Assembly: GCA_027488155.1 (NCBI GenBank)
Contig: JAIYCE010000047.1
Location: 30,530 to 94,529, forward strand
Reading direction: 5' to 3'
Source: Hyphomicrobiales bacterium
Lineage (GTDB): Bacteria; Pseudomonadota; Alphaproteobacteria; Rhizobiales; Beijerinckiaceae
DNA: 64,000 nucleotides
In this document: positions 1 to 9,287 of the stretch, piece after piece
Layout: the number at the start of each line of letters is the position of its first letter
How positions within the stretch are numbered: position 1 is the first letter of the stretch
Notes under the pieces: generated by a model
Told to the model about the DNA's origin: nothing
The model's database searches: none
What the model saw: the letters and a program-made list of their open reading frames with translations, nothing else
Translations under genes and position numbers: made by a program

Positions 1-1918
1 TATAAAGCGCCACTTCCGTCCGCGTGCGCACGACGAGGTGGTGCGAATTAGACTTGATGAGATTTTCCTCGATGGCACGAAGAACATGCAGCGCAATCGA
101 TGGGACCGAGCGGACATAGCCGATGCCGAGGCAATGCGGGCATTGCACGCTTGAGCCTTCGACCACGCCGGTGCGGATGCGCTGGCGCGACATTTCGAGC
201 AGGCCGAATGGCGAGATCCGGCCGACCTGAATGCGGGCGCGATCGTTCTTCAGCGCTTCTTTCAGGCGGCGTTCCACCGTGCGGTTGTTGCGGTGCTCTT
301 CCATGTCGATGAAATCGATCACGATGAGACCCGCGAGGTCGCGCAGGCGGAGCTGGCGCGCTACTTCATCGGCTGCTTCGCAGTTCGTCTTGAGCGCCGT
401 ATCTTCGATATTGTGCTCACGCGTCGCGCGGCCTGAGTTCACGTCGATGGCAACGAGTGCTTCCGTCTGGTTGATGACGAGATAGCCACCAGATTTCAGC
501 GTGACCTGATTGGAGAACATCGCATCGAGCTGGCCTTCCACGCCGTAACGCGGGAAGAGCGGTTGGCTTTCGCGATAGGGCTTCACGTTTTTCGCATGGC
601 TCGGCATGAGCATGCGCATGAATTCCTTCGCCTCGCGATAGGCGGTCTCGCCTGAGACGAGAACTTCGTCGATGTCCTTGTTGTAAAGATCGCGGATGGC
701 GCGCTTCACCAGCGAGCCTTCTTCGTAGACAAGGGCGGGTGCTGTCGATTGCAGAGTATGCTCGCGCACCGTTTCCCACAGACGCAGAAGATATTCGAAA
801 TCGCGCTTGATCTCCGCTTTCGTGCGCGATGCGCCCGCCGTACGGAGAATGACGCCCATGCCATCCGGCACCTCGAGCTCGCCTGCGACTTCTTTTAAGC
901 GCTTACGGTCTACCGCATTCGTGATTTTGCGCGATATGCCGCCGCCACGGCCTGTATTCGGCATCAATACAGAATAGCGGCCTGCGAGCGACAGATAGGT
1001 TGTGAGGGCTGCGCCCTTGTTGCCACGCTCTTCCTTGACAACTTGGATGAGCAGAATCTGACGGCGCTTGATGACTTCTTGAATCTTATACTGCTTGCGC
1101 GCGTAACGCGGGCGCTCTGGAATGTCTTCCATCGCGTCATCGCCGCCAATCTGTTCGACGGTATTGTCCTCTTCCGAGCGTTCTATTTCGGTCAGCTCGC
1201 CATTGCCACTTTCAGTGCTGCCGGAATGGGCGTCATCATGATGGGTGTCATCATGATGCGTGTCGTCATGTTGGGTGTCGCCCCGATGTGCTTCGCCGTG
1301 ATGTGGCGTCTCATGCGGGCTGGCGTCTTGGGATGGGGCGGTGCGTTGCTCCGGCTCGATGCTGGTGTCTGCATGAGCGGGGCCCGTGTCACCGGATGTG
1401 GCGGCGTCGATATCTGCCGGAGCCAGCGCGTCGCCGGCTTCGATGGCATCGGCCACAATCGCTTCGGAAATATTCTCGTTCTCGGCACCTTCCTCAGTCG
1501 CCGCATCTTCACTGAGCGTGTCGGCGTTCTGGGCGGAGCGGGCGCGCGCTTCACCGCCACGGCCATTGCGGCGGTTGCGGCGATTGCGGCGGCGTTCGGC
1601 ACCATCGTCGTCGAACTCGCCTTCGCGATCGGCGCGCGCATCCTCTTCGAGAAGCGCCTGACGATCGGCCACGGGAATTTGATAATAATCGGGATGAATT
1701 TCGCTGAAGGCGAGGAAGCCATGGCGATTGCCGCCATAATCGACGAAGGCGGCTTGCAGCGACGGCTCGACCCGCGTCACCTTGGCGAGGTAGATATTGC
1801 CACGAAGTTGTTTTTTGTTAGCGCTTTCGAAATCGAATTCTTCAACGCGATTACCGCGAACGACCACCACCCGGGTTTCTTCCGGGTGTGAGGCGTCGAT
1901 GAGCATTTTGTTGGCCAT
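1..1918 (-). CDS. rne: Ribonuclease E, 5' part (runs off window start)
   Basis: Absent from the ORF track (no stop in window). Hand translation from ATG at 1918 gives MANKMLIDASHPEETRVVVVRGNRVEEFDFESANKKQLRGNIYLAKVTRVEPSLQAAFVDYGGNRHGFLAFSEIHPDYY, the RNase E N-terminus; divergent from amiC as typical in Rhizobiales. Confidence 0.97.
   Translation of the reverse strand, partial: MANKMLIDASHPEETRVVVVRGNRVEEFDFESANKKQLRGNIYLAKVTRVEPSLQAAFVDYGGNRHGFLAFSEIHPDYYQIPVADRQALLEEDARADREGEFDDDGAERRRNRRNRRNGRGGEARARSAQNADTLSEDAATEEGAENENISEAIVADAIEAGDALAPADIDAATSGDTGPAHADTSIEPEQRTAPSQDASPHETPHHGEAHRGDTQHDDTHHDDTHHDDAHSGSTESGNGELTEIERSEEDNTVEQIGGDDAMEDIPERPRYARKQYKIQEVIKRRQILLIQVVKEERGNKGAALTTYLSLAGRYSVLMPNTGRGGGISRKITNAVDRKRLKEVAGELEVPDGMGVILRTAGASRTKAEIKRDFEYLLRLWETVREHTLQSTAPALVYEEGSLVKRAIRDLYNKDIDEVLVSGETAYREAKEFMRMLMPSHAKNVKPYRESQPLFPRYGVEGQLDAMFSNQVTLKSGGYLVINQTEALVAIDVNSGRATREHNIEDTALKTNCEAADEVARQLRLRDLAGLIVIDFIDMEEHRNNRTVERRLKEALKNDRARIQVGRISPFGLLEMSRQRIRTGVVEGSSVQCPHCLGIGYVRSVPSIALHVLRAIEENLIKSNSHHLVVRTRTEVALY
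1232..1306. repeat. Degenerate 15-bp tandem repeat (about 5 units) encoding HHDDT-type repeats in the RNase E insert
   Basis: gtcatcatgatgggt / gtcatcatgatgcgt / gtcgtcatgttgggt ...; rne frame reads PHHGEAHRGDTQHDDTHHDDTHHDD. Confidence 0.85.
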
Positions 1919-2507
1919 GAGGGTCTCTCGATGGCGCGCAGTTCGGCCTTGGATCTGGGCCTGCCATGTCTAGCCACCGCAAACCCTGAGGGTACGGCGA
2001 ATCTGAAGGCAGGAGGGTCGAAGGGAAATGAGCTGCGCGCGATTGCCGTCCGATACGGACAGGGGTTGCGCGGAAAGCCGAGGACAGGGCGGAGACACGC
2101 TGACGACGATGCGGCGGGGAAAAGCGCTGGGCCTTCCCGTTCTGCTTTTCGTCGTACCGCAGCATCAGCCTCACGCTGGACACCTCGACACCGTTTCGGG
2201 GCCGGGTCAAAACTCCAAGAGGAGATGCCCGGCGGCGGGTGGGGAGGGCGGCATAGGCCTCGACTCCCCGGAAAATCACTGTTCGATGGGGCGGGCGCGT
2301 ACGACACCGGAAACCGGCAGGCGCTCCTCGCGAACTCCGGCGGAGAAACCTCTCTCCGGCACGGACATCGTCGAACCCATTCTCATTACCGAACCGGGAC
2401 CCGATTTGGCAAGCATTCCGTGCGCTTGCCGCCATATTGCCATGAGGGGCGGTTAACGACGCCTCTGCGATAGGGTAGAGGAGTTTGGGGATCACGGGAC
2501 CGACGGC

Positions 2508-3767
2508 ATGACCCATATCCGGTTAAACAGTCTCGCTTTGGGGGCTCTGGCGTTGGCGCTACTCTTTGGCGGTCCCGTTGTGGGGCAGCCTAAGCCTGTG
2601 CCCGGACCGATTCCCGCGGCCCCCACAAGCCTGAAACCTCCTGTTGCAGCCGATGGGGAGATCCGTGTCGATCAGGACAAGACCGTCCTTTCGGTGATGC
2701 TGGCAGCAAAAATGCCGCTCAAATTGGCTGTTATGTCAAAGCCCGACCGGGTCATCGTCGATCTGCCGGAAGTCAATTTCCAGCTTGCGCCAGATTTTGG
2801 CAGGAAGCCTTCGGGCCTGATCCGGTCAGCACGCTTTGGCCTTTTTGCGCCCGGCCGGTCGCGGATCGTGATTGAATTGGCCCGCCCTGCATCGCCCATT
2901 GCCGAGCTTGGCGAGGTGTTGGGCGGTGCCGCGTACAAGCTAGACCTGATCTTGGAACCGATTTCTGCCGAGGCTTTCCAACGCGCCGTTCAGGCCAGCG
3001 CCCCGCTGGAGGAGGCCAAGAAGACCGACCTTCCGCTTGCGCCGCAGGGCGATAGCCGCCCTGTCATCGTGCTCGATCCCGGTCATGGCGGGATCGACAA
3101 TGGGGCGACGGGGTTCGGACAATCGCTCGAGAAGGATGTCGTTCTGGGCTTTGCCCGTGAATTGAAGGCCAAGCTGGAGGAGGGCGGCAAATATCGCGTG
3201 GTGATGACTCGCGACCGCGATGTCTTCGTCTCTCTTGGCGACAGGGTTAAAACAGCTCAGAAGAGTGGTGCCGCGCTCTTTATATCCATCCATGCCGATA
3301 CGCTGTCGGCAGCCCCCTCGGTGCGCGGTTTCACGGTCTATACAGGGTCTGAAAAAGCGAGCGACGCCGAGGCGGCGCGTCTTGCTGAGGCCGAGAACCT
3401 GTCCGATCAGATCGCCGGTGCTGACAATGAAGACGAAAGCGACGAGATCGCGGGCATTCTGGGCGATCTGACCCTGCGCGAAACGCGGTCTTACTCGCAT
3501 CTCTTTGCGCGCACCCTCGTCGGCCAGATGAGCGGTGGCACGAAAGCCAACAAAAACCCGCATCGTTCGGCCCGCTTCCGCGTCTTGCGAGCGCCAGATG
3601 TCCCATCGGTGCTGCTCGAACTCGGCTATCTCTCGTCCAAGGCCGATGCGGAGATGATGCAGGACCCCGCTTGGCGCGGCCAGACGGCCAGCACCATCGT
3701 CGCTGCCGTCAATAACTTCATGGCCCCACGCATGGCAGTGGGCGGCGCGCCGCCACCCAAACCTTGA
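2508..3767 (+). CDS. amiC: N-acetylmuramoyl-L-alanine amidase (AMIN + Amidase_3)
   Basis: Signal peptide; VIVLDPGHGGID, EKDVVL, FISIHAD, PSVLLELGYLS motifs; rne-amiC-PBP1A-prfB synteny. Confidence 0.93.
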   Translation: MTHIRLNSLALGALALALLFGGPVVGQPKPVPGPIPAAPTSLKPPVAADGEIRVDQDKTVLSVMLAAKMPLKLAVMSKPDRVIVDLPEVNFQLAPDFGRKPSGLIRSARFGLFAPGRSRIVIELARPASPIAELGEVLGGAAYKLDLILEPISAEAFQRAVQASAPLEEAKKTDLPLAPQGDSRPVIVLDPGHGGIDNGATGFGQSLEKDVVLGFARELKAKLEEGGKYRVVMTRDRDVFVSLGDRVKTAQKSGAALFISIHADTLSAAPSVRGFTVYTGSEKASDAEAARLAEAENLSDQIAGADNEDESDEIAGILGDLTLRETRSYSHLFARTLVGQMSGGTKANKNPHRSARFRVLRAPDVPSVLLELGYLSSKADAEMMQDPAWRGQTASTIVAAVNNFMAPRMAVGGAPPPKP

Positions 3768-4001
3768 GCTGAGAGATAGGTCTTCGAGCAAGAGTCCTGC
3801 GACAACTGTCTCTTTTCCACCACAATGGTAGGCCAGATCAGCGACGGCCGCGTCGGCGCGATTCCGGAAGCCTCTTTCATGTGGTATCGGCTACGCGCAG
3901 AGGGGAACTTGCCCTAACGTCCGTTCATTGCGGAGTTAGGCATTTTCGCTGATCGTGCTGGACCGTGCGGTGGTCGGCAATCCTGTGAATGATTTGGGCT
4001 C

Positions 4002-6425
4002 ATGCGCTACGTCCTGCGGTTTATCGGCTTCCTGTTTACGATCGGCGCGATCCTGTTCGTGATCGGCGCGGCTGGCGCTGGTTTCGTCATCTGGAAATAT
4101 TCACAGGATCTTCCCGATTACACGACGCTCGCCAATCATGAACCGGCGGTGATGACGCGCGTTCATGCGGGCGACGGCAGCCTCGTGGCCGAATACGCGC
4201 GCGAACGGCGTCTATTCGTGCCCATTCAGGCGGTACCGAAGCAGATTGTGGCGGCTTTCCTTTCGGCCGAAGACAAGAATTTCTACAAGCATCCCGGCAT
4301 CGACCCGGAAGGCATCATCCGCGCGGCGGCCTATTATTTCAAACGCGACAAGGGGCGCCGTCCGCAGGGCGCATCGACCATCACGCAGCAGGTCGCGAAG
4401 AACTTTCTTCTGTCGAGCGAGCAGACCTTCGATCGTAAGATCAAGGAAATGCTGGTCGCGCTCCGGATTGAAGACACCTACACAAAGGACAAGATCCTCG
4501 AGCTTTATCTCAATGAAATCTATCTAGGCCTGAGCAATTACGGCATCGCGGCTGCGGCACTCAATTACTTTGGTAAATCGGTGCATGAACTGACACTGTC
4601 AGAAGCGGCTTATCTTGCTGCGCTACCAAAAGCACCAAACAATTACCATCCGTTCCGTCAGCGTGAAGCGGCAATTGAACGTCGCAATTATGTGCTCGAT
4701 CGTATGATCGACAATGGCTACATCACCAAGGCTGAGGCCGACGAAGCCAAGAAGCAGCCGCTCGGTGTCAATCCGCGCGCGATTTCGCCAAACTCGATTG
4801 CCGCTGGCTTCTTTGCGGAAGAAGTGCGCCGCGAACTCTTCGAAAAATTCGGCGAGAAGAAGCTTTACGAAGGTGGGCTTTCGGTCCGCACGACGCTTGA
4901 TCCAAAGATGCAGTTGATGGCACGCAAGGCGTTGACGGATGGTCTTGTGCGCTATGACGAGGCGCATGGCTGGCATGGCGTCGTGCAAAAGATCGACATT
5001 GCGCCACCGCGCGATTGGGGCGTGGCGATATCTGAAGTGCCGGCATTGGGTGATGTGCAGCCATGGAGGCTTGCGGTCGTCCTTGATGTCACGGGCGATA
5101 CGGCGCGGATCGGCCTTCAGCCGAAGCGTGAAGTATCTGGTGAAGTTGGAAAAGACCGCTTCATTGCGACGATCAACAATGAAAGCGTGAAATGGACGCG
5201 TAAGCCGGTGCGCCAAATCTTGGCATCGGGCGATGTCATCTATGTCGAGCAAGACACGAAGACGAATGCTTGGCGCGTGCGTCAAGTGCCGGAGATTTCC
5301 GGTGGCATCGTGGCGATGGACCCGTTCACCGGTCGCATTCTTGCGATGGTTGGCGGCTTTTCGTTCGACCAGTCAAAATTCAACCGCGCGACGCAGGCGC
5401 TCCGCCAGCCGGGGTCTTCCTTCAAACCCTTCGTCTATGCGACGGCGCTGGACAATGGCTACACGCCATCGAGCGTGGTGATGGATGGACCGATCGAAGT
5501 TGATCAGGGCGTTGGCCTCGAGGTCTGGCGTCCGTCGAACTATGACGGAAAATTCGCAGGGCCCCGTACGCTGCGTTACGGCATCGAACACTCAAAGAAT
5601 TTGATGACGGTGCGTCTCGCGCAGGATGTGGGTATGCCGCTGATTGCCGAATATGCGCGCCGTTTCGGCGTGTATGATGAAATGCTGCCGGTTCTCTCGA
5701 TGTCGCTCGGCGCGGGTGAAACAACGGTGCTGCGTATGACGGCTGCCTACTCGATGTTCGTGAATGGCGGCAGGAAAATCAAACCGACTTTGATCGACCG
5801 CATTCAGGATCGTTGGGGCCGGACCATCTATCGTCATGATGAGCGCGACTGTCTCGGCTGCGACGCGCGTTGGGCCGATCAGTCTGAGCCTAAACTCGTT
5901 GATAAGCGCGAGCAGGTACTCGATCCGCTGACCGCCTATCAGGTGACATCGATGCTCGAAGGTGTCGTCCAGCGCGGCACGGCGACATCCATCAAAGCGG
6001 TTGGAAAACCGCTCGCTGGTAAGACTGGCACCACCAACGACGCCAAGGATGTGTGGTTCGTTGGTTTCTCGCCGGATCTCGCGGTTGGCGTCTATCTCGG
6101 TTACGACCGGCCGCAGTCGCTCGGCAATTCCGCCACTGCGGGCCAATATGCTGCGCCTATCTTCCGTGATTTCATGATGGCGGCCTTGGCGGATAAGCAG
6201 CCGACACCCTTCCGCGTACCGCCGGGCATTAAGCTGATTCGCGTCTCGTCAGGGACAGGGATGCGCGCTGGCCCGGATGACAAGGGCGCATTGGCGGAAG
6301 CATTCAAGCCGGGCACAGCGCCGCCGGACTCTTACTCCGTCATTGGCGCGGGATCCTTTGGGCCGGGCGGGGTATCGCCTGAGGCCGAACGCGCGGTAGG
6401 CGCGGGTACGGGCGGGCTTTACTGA
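4002..6425 (+). CDS. mrcA: Penicillin-binding protein 1A (class A PBP)
   Basis: N-terminal TM; glycosyltransferase motifs EDKNFYKHPG and GASTITQQVAKN; transpeptidase SSFK, SKN, KTG. Confidence 0.96.
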   Translation: MRYVLRFIGFLFTIGAILFVIGAAGAGFVIWKYSQDLPDYTTLANHEPAVMTRVHAGDGSLVAEYARERRLFVPIQAVPKQIVAAFLSAEDKNFYKHPGIDPEGIIRAAAYYFKRDKGRRPQGASTITQQVAKNFLLSSEQTFDRKIKEMLVALRIEDTYTKDKILELYLNEIYLGLSNYGIAAAALNYFGKSVHELTLSEAAYLAALPKAPNNYHPFRQREAAIERRNYVLDRMIDNGYITKAEADEAKKQPLGVNPRAISPNSIAAGFFAEEVRRELFEKFGEKKLYEGGLSVRTTLDPKMQLMARKALTDGLVRYDEAHGWHGVVQKIDIAPPRDWGVAISEVPALGDVQPWRLAVVLDVTGDTARIGLQPKREVSGEVGKDRFIATINNESVKWTRKPVRQILASGDVIYVEQDTKTNAWRVRQVPEISGGIVAMDPFTGRILAMVGGFSFDQSKFNRATQALRQPGSSFKPFVYATALDNGYTPSSVVMDGPIEVDQGVGLEVWRPSNYDGKFAGPRTLRYGIEHSKNLMTVRLAQDVGMPLIAEYARRFGVYDEMLPVLSMSLGAGETTVLRMTAAYSMFVNGGRKIKPTLIDRIQDRWGRTIYRHDERDCLGCDARWADQSEPKLVDKREQVLDPLTAYQVTSMLEGVVQRGTATSIKAVGKPLAGKTGTTNDAKDVWFVGFSPDLAVGVYLGYDRPQSLGNSATAGQYAAPIFRDFMMAALADKQPTPFRVPPGIKLIRVSSGTGMRAGPDDKGALAEAFKPGTAPPDSYSVIGAGSFGPGGVSPEAERAVGAGTGGLY

Positions 6426-6487
6426 ATTTTTGACAGGGAAGGTCGGCGCGGGGTAATCGTCCCGCGCTCTTTCGCATTGGAATCGTC

Positions 6488-7616
6488 ATGCGCGCTGAAA
6501 TTGAGAATCTGCTCGAATCCGCCAAGCAGTCCGTCGGACTGCTGAGGAGGCATCTTTGACTTCGACGCTGCCACAAAGCGTCTCGCAGAACTGAATGCGC
6601 AAACCGAACATCCCGAATTCTGGAACGATGCCGAGGCCGCGCAGAAGATCATGCGTGAGCGTACCGATCTCGAAGATCGTCTCGGCGCGATCTCACGGCT
6701 TGAGCGCGAGATCGAGGATGCGGTGACGCTGATCGAACTCGGGGATGCGGAAGGCGACGAGGGCACGATCAAGGAAGGCGAAGATCAGATCCGTGCGCTC
6801 GAACAAGAAGCAGCGCGCCGTCAGGTTGAGACATTGCTCTCCGGCGAAGCCGACCAAAACGACACTTATCTCGAAGTGCATTCGGGCGCCGGCGGTACGG
6901 AAAGCCAGGATTGGGCGAACATGCTTCTGCGCATGTATACGCGCTGGGCCGAGCGCCGGAAGTTCAAGGTCGAACTTCTCGACATGTCGGATGGCGAAGA
7001 AGCTGGCATCAAGGGCGCGACTCTAATCATTAAAGGCCATAATGCATATGGCTGGCTAAAGACGGAATCGGGCGTGCATCGTCTTGTGCGCATTTCGCCT
7101 TACGATTCTAATGCACGGCGGCACACGAGTTTTGCGTCGATTTGGGTTTATCCCGTCATCGACGATCGCATTCAGATCGATATCAAAGAAAGCGATTGTC
7201 GGATCGATACGTTCCGTTCGTCAGGCGCTGGCGGCCAGCATGTCAACACAACTGATTCCGCGGTTCGTATCACGCATATTCCTTCGGGCATTGTGGTGGC
7301 CTGCCAGCAGGAGCGTTCGCAACATAAGAACCGCGCCAAAGCATGGGATATGTTGCGTGCGCGTCTTTATGAGGCCGAGCTGAAAAAGCGCGAAGAAAAA
7401 GCGAGTGCGGAAGCAGCCTCGAAAACAGATATTGGCTGGGGACATCAGATCCGTTCTTACGTGCTGCAACCCTATCAGCTCGTGAAGGATCTGCGCACTG
7501 GAACGCAATCGACTGCACCGGGCGATGTGCTTGATGGCGATCTCGATCCGTTCATGGAAGCGGCGCTGGCGCAGCGCGTTTATGGCGGCGAAGTCAAAGT
7601 CAGCGATATCGACTGA
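6488..7616 (+). CDS. prfB: Peptide chain release factor 2 with programmed +1 frameshift
   Basis: ATG 6488 gives [23 protein letters not shown], then CTT-TGA-C at 6554-6560; +1 frame continues DFDAATKRL into the 6651..7616 ORF with GGQ and SPY motifs. Confidence 0.97.
6545..6560 (+). promoter_or_regulatory. RF2 frameshift signal (internal SD + CTT TGA C)
   Basis: AGGAGG-CAT-CTTTGAC matches the canonical prfB recoding site. Confidence 0.95.
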
Positions 7617-8631
7617 TCGGTGCCGCGGCGCGGATGAAGCGCAGCGGATTGACCGGGTTGCCATCGATATGGGTTTCATAATGGAGATGCGGCCCGGTTG
7701 AGCGGCCGGTCGATCCTACGCGCCCGACGATCTGACCGCGTTCGACCCATTCGCCCGGTTTCACCGCAATGCGGGAAAGATGCGCGTAGCGTGTAACCAA
7801 TCCACCGCCATGGTCGATCTCGACCATGCGGCCATAGCCGCCCGCCCAGTCTGCCTCGACGATCCGCCCAGCAGCGGTGGCGCGCACGGGCGCGCCCGGC
7901 TCCTCGCGTAAATCGACCCCGCCATGCATGGCAAAACCGCGCGTAAACGGATCGCGCCGAAGGCCGAAGCCGGAGACAATTTCTGCGGCATTGGCAAGCG
8001 GTACGCCAAGCGGGACATGGTCGGAGAATTTACGAAAGGCGGCCGCTTGCAGGAGATCGTTGCGGGCAGCGTCATAGGCCATTCCAAATGCGCTATTGGA
8101 ATCACCCGGGAGCGGTGGCGGTATATAGGGGCCGCCGAGCCCCACTGTCCGATTAAGCGCACGACGGTAAGGGTCAAGCCCTAGAGCCGCCCAGTGCCGC
8201 GCCAGACGTTTGCGGTCGGCACGAACAGTGGCAGCGATCGTTTCGATTTCGCGCTGCTGTGCACTGTCGATTTCGTCTATACCGCGTTCGATGGATGCCG
8301 CAGCCCATTCGAGCATCGCCATATCGGGGATGATTTGCGGTTCGGCGGCACTTTGGCGACGCAGGCTGGGTGCCGCACTGCTGCCCGTGACATCAGCTTC
8401 GCGGCTGAGCGAAGAGAGGCTCGCCTGACGCAATTCAAGTTCGGTCTGGCGTTGCAGGATGATTTCGAGCCTGTCAGCGAGATTGCCGAGATCGGCCGCG
8501 GCCATTGGACGCGCCAAACCCTGCTTGGACGTCAAAAGGCCCATCCCAGCCGCCCCGAACGCTAGCCCTGCCGCAAACAGCAGGGACGGCAGGGCAATCG
8601 CCCTTGGGCGGATGAGGTTCAGTCGCTTCAT
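7600..8631 (-). CDS. M23 family metallopeptidase
   Basis: HGGVD and [11 protein letters not shown] motifs; N-terminal hydrophobic segment; start uncertain (8631 or 8670). Confidence 0.88.
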   Translation of the reverse strand: MKRLNLIRPRAIALPSLLFAAGLAFGAAGMGLLTSKQGLARPMAAADLGNLADRLEIILQRQTELELRQASLSSLSREADVTGSSAAPSLRRQSAAEPQIIPDMAMLEWAAASIERGIDEIDSAQQREIETIAATVRADRKRLARHWAALGLDPYRRALNRTVGLGGPYIPPPLPGDSNSAFGMAYDAARNDLLQAAAFRKFSDHVPLGVPLANAAEIVSGFGLRRDPFTRGFAMHGGVDLREEPGAPVRATAAGRIVEADWAGGYGRMVEIDHGGGLVTRYAHLSRIAVKPGEWVERGQIVGRVGSTGRSTGPHLHYETHIDGNPVNPLRFIRAAAPISRYR

Positions 8632-8696
8632 GGCGCAAAATCCGGTTCGCAATGGCCGGATTGTGCGCATTTATGGTGAAGGCTGGGTAAACCGCC

Positions 8697-9176
8697 TCAG
8701 CCTTTGTTGAGCGCCTGCGCCGCTTTCAATACGGCTTCGGCATGGCCGGGTACCTTCACCTTGCGCCAGATCTCATGGATCTTGCCCTTACCGTCGACCA
8801 GAAAGGTGGTGCGTTCGACACCCATATATTTGCGCCCATACATGCTTTTTTCGACCCAGACGCCATAGGCGGCCAACATGTCCTTCTGCTCATCGGAGAC
8901 GAGCGGGAAAGCGAGATCGTACTTTTTCTTGAATTTGTCGTGGCTGGCCGTGCTGTCGGGGGAAACGCCGATGATCTCGGTTCCGGCCTTAGCGAACTTG
9001 GCCCGTAGCGCGTTGAATTCCATCGCTTCCTTGGTGCAGCCCGATGTGTCGTCCTTCGGGTAGAAATAGAGGACGACGTTCTGACCTTTGAGCTTTTTCA
9101 GCGAGACGGTGCCCCCGCCATCGCTGGGGAGTGAAAAATCTGGTGCTTTATCGCCGGGATTGAGCATATCCGCCAT
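8697..9176 (-). CDS. bcp: Peroxiredoxin Bcp/PrxQ
   Basis: VVLYFYPKDDTSGCTKEA motif. Confidence 0.93.
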   Translation of the reverse strand: MADMLNPGDKAPDFSLPSDGGGTVSLKKLKGQNVVLYFYPKDDTSGCTKEAMEFNALRAKFAKAGTEIIGVSPDSTASHDKFKKKYDLAFPLVSDEQKDMLAAYGVWVEKSMYGRKYMGVERTTFLVDGKGKIHEIWRKVKVPGHAEAVLKAAQALNKG

Positions 9177-9287
9177 CTTTGCCTTCCTTTCGTCGAATCG
9201 CCGTGGCCATTAGGAAGTTCTAGCGCGCGGGCGCTGCCGTTCCATGCCAAGCCTAAGGCAAAGAGTGGCCATAAGGGAAAGAGGTTC

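Noticed and set aside
1043-1891. 282-aa + strand ORF
   Set aside because: In-register antisense shadow of rne
1931-2516. Several 140-220 aa ORFs between rne and amiC
   Set aside because: Arg/Gly/Pro-rich, overlapping in multiple frames, no motifs; likely spurious
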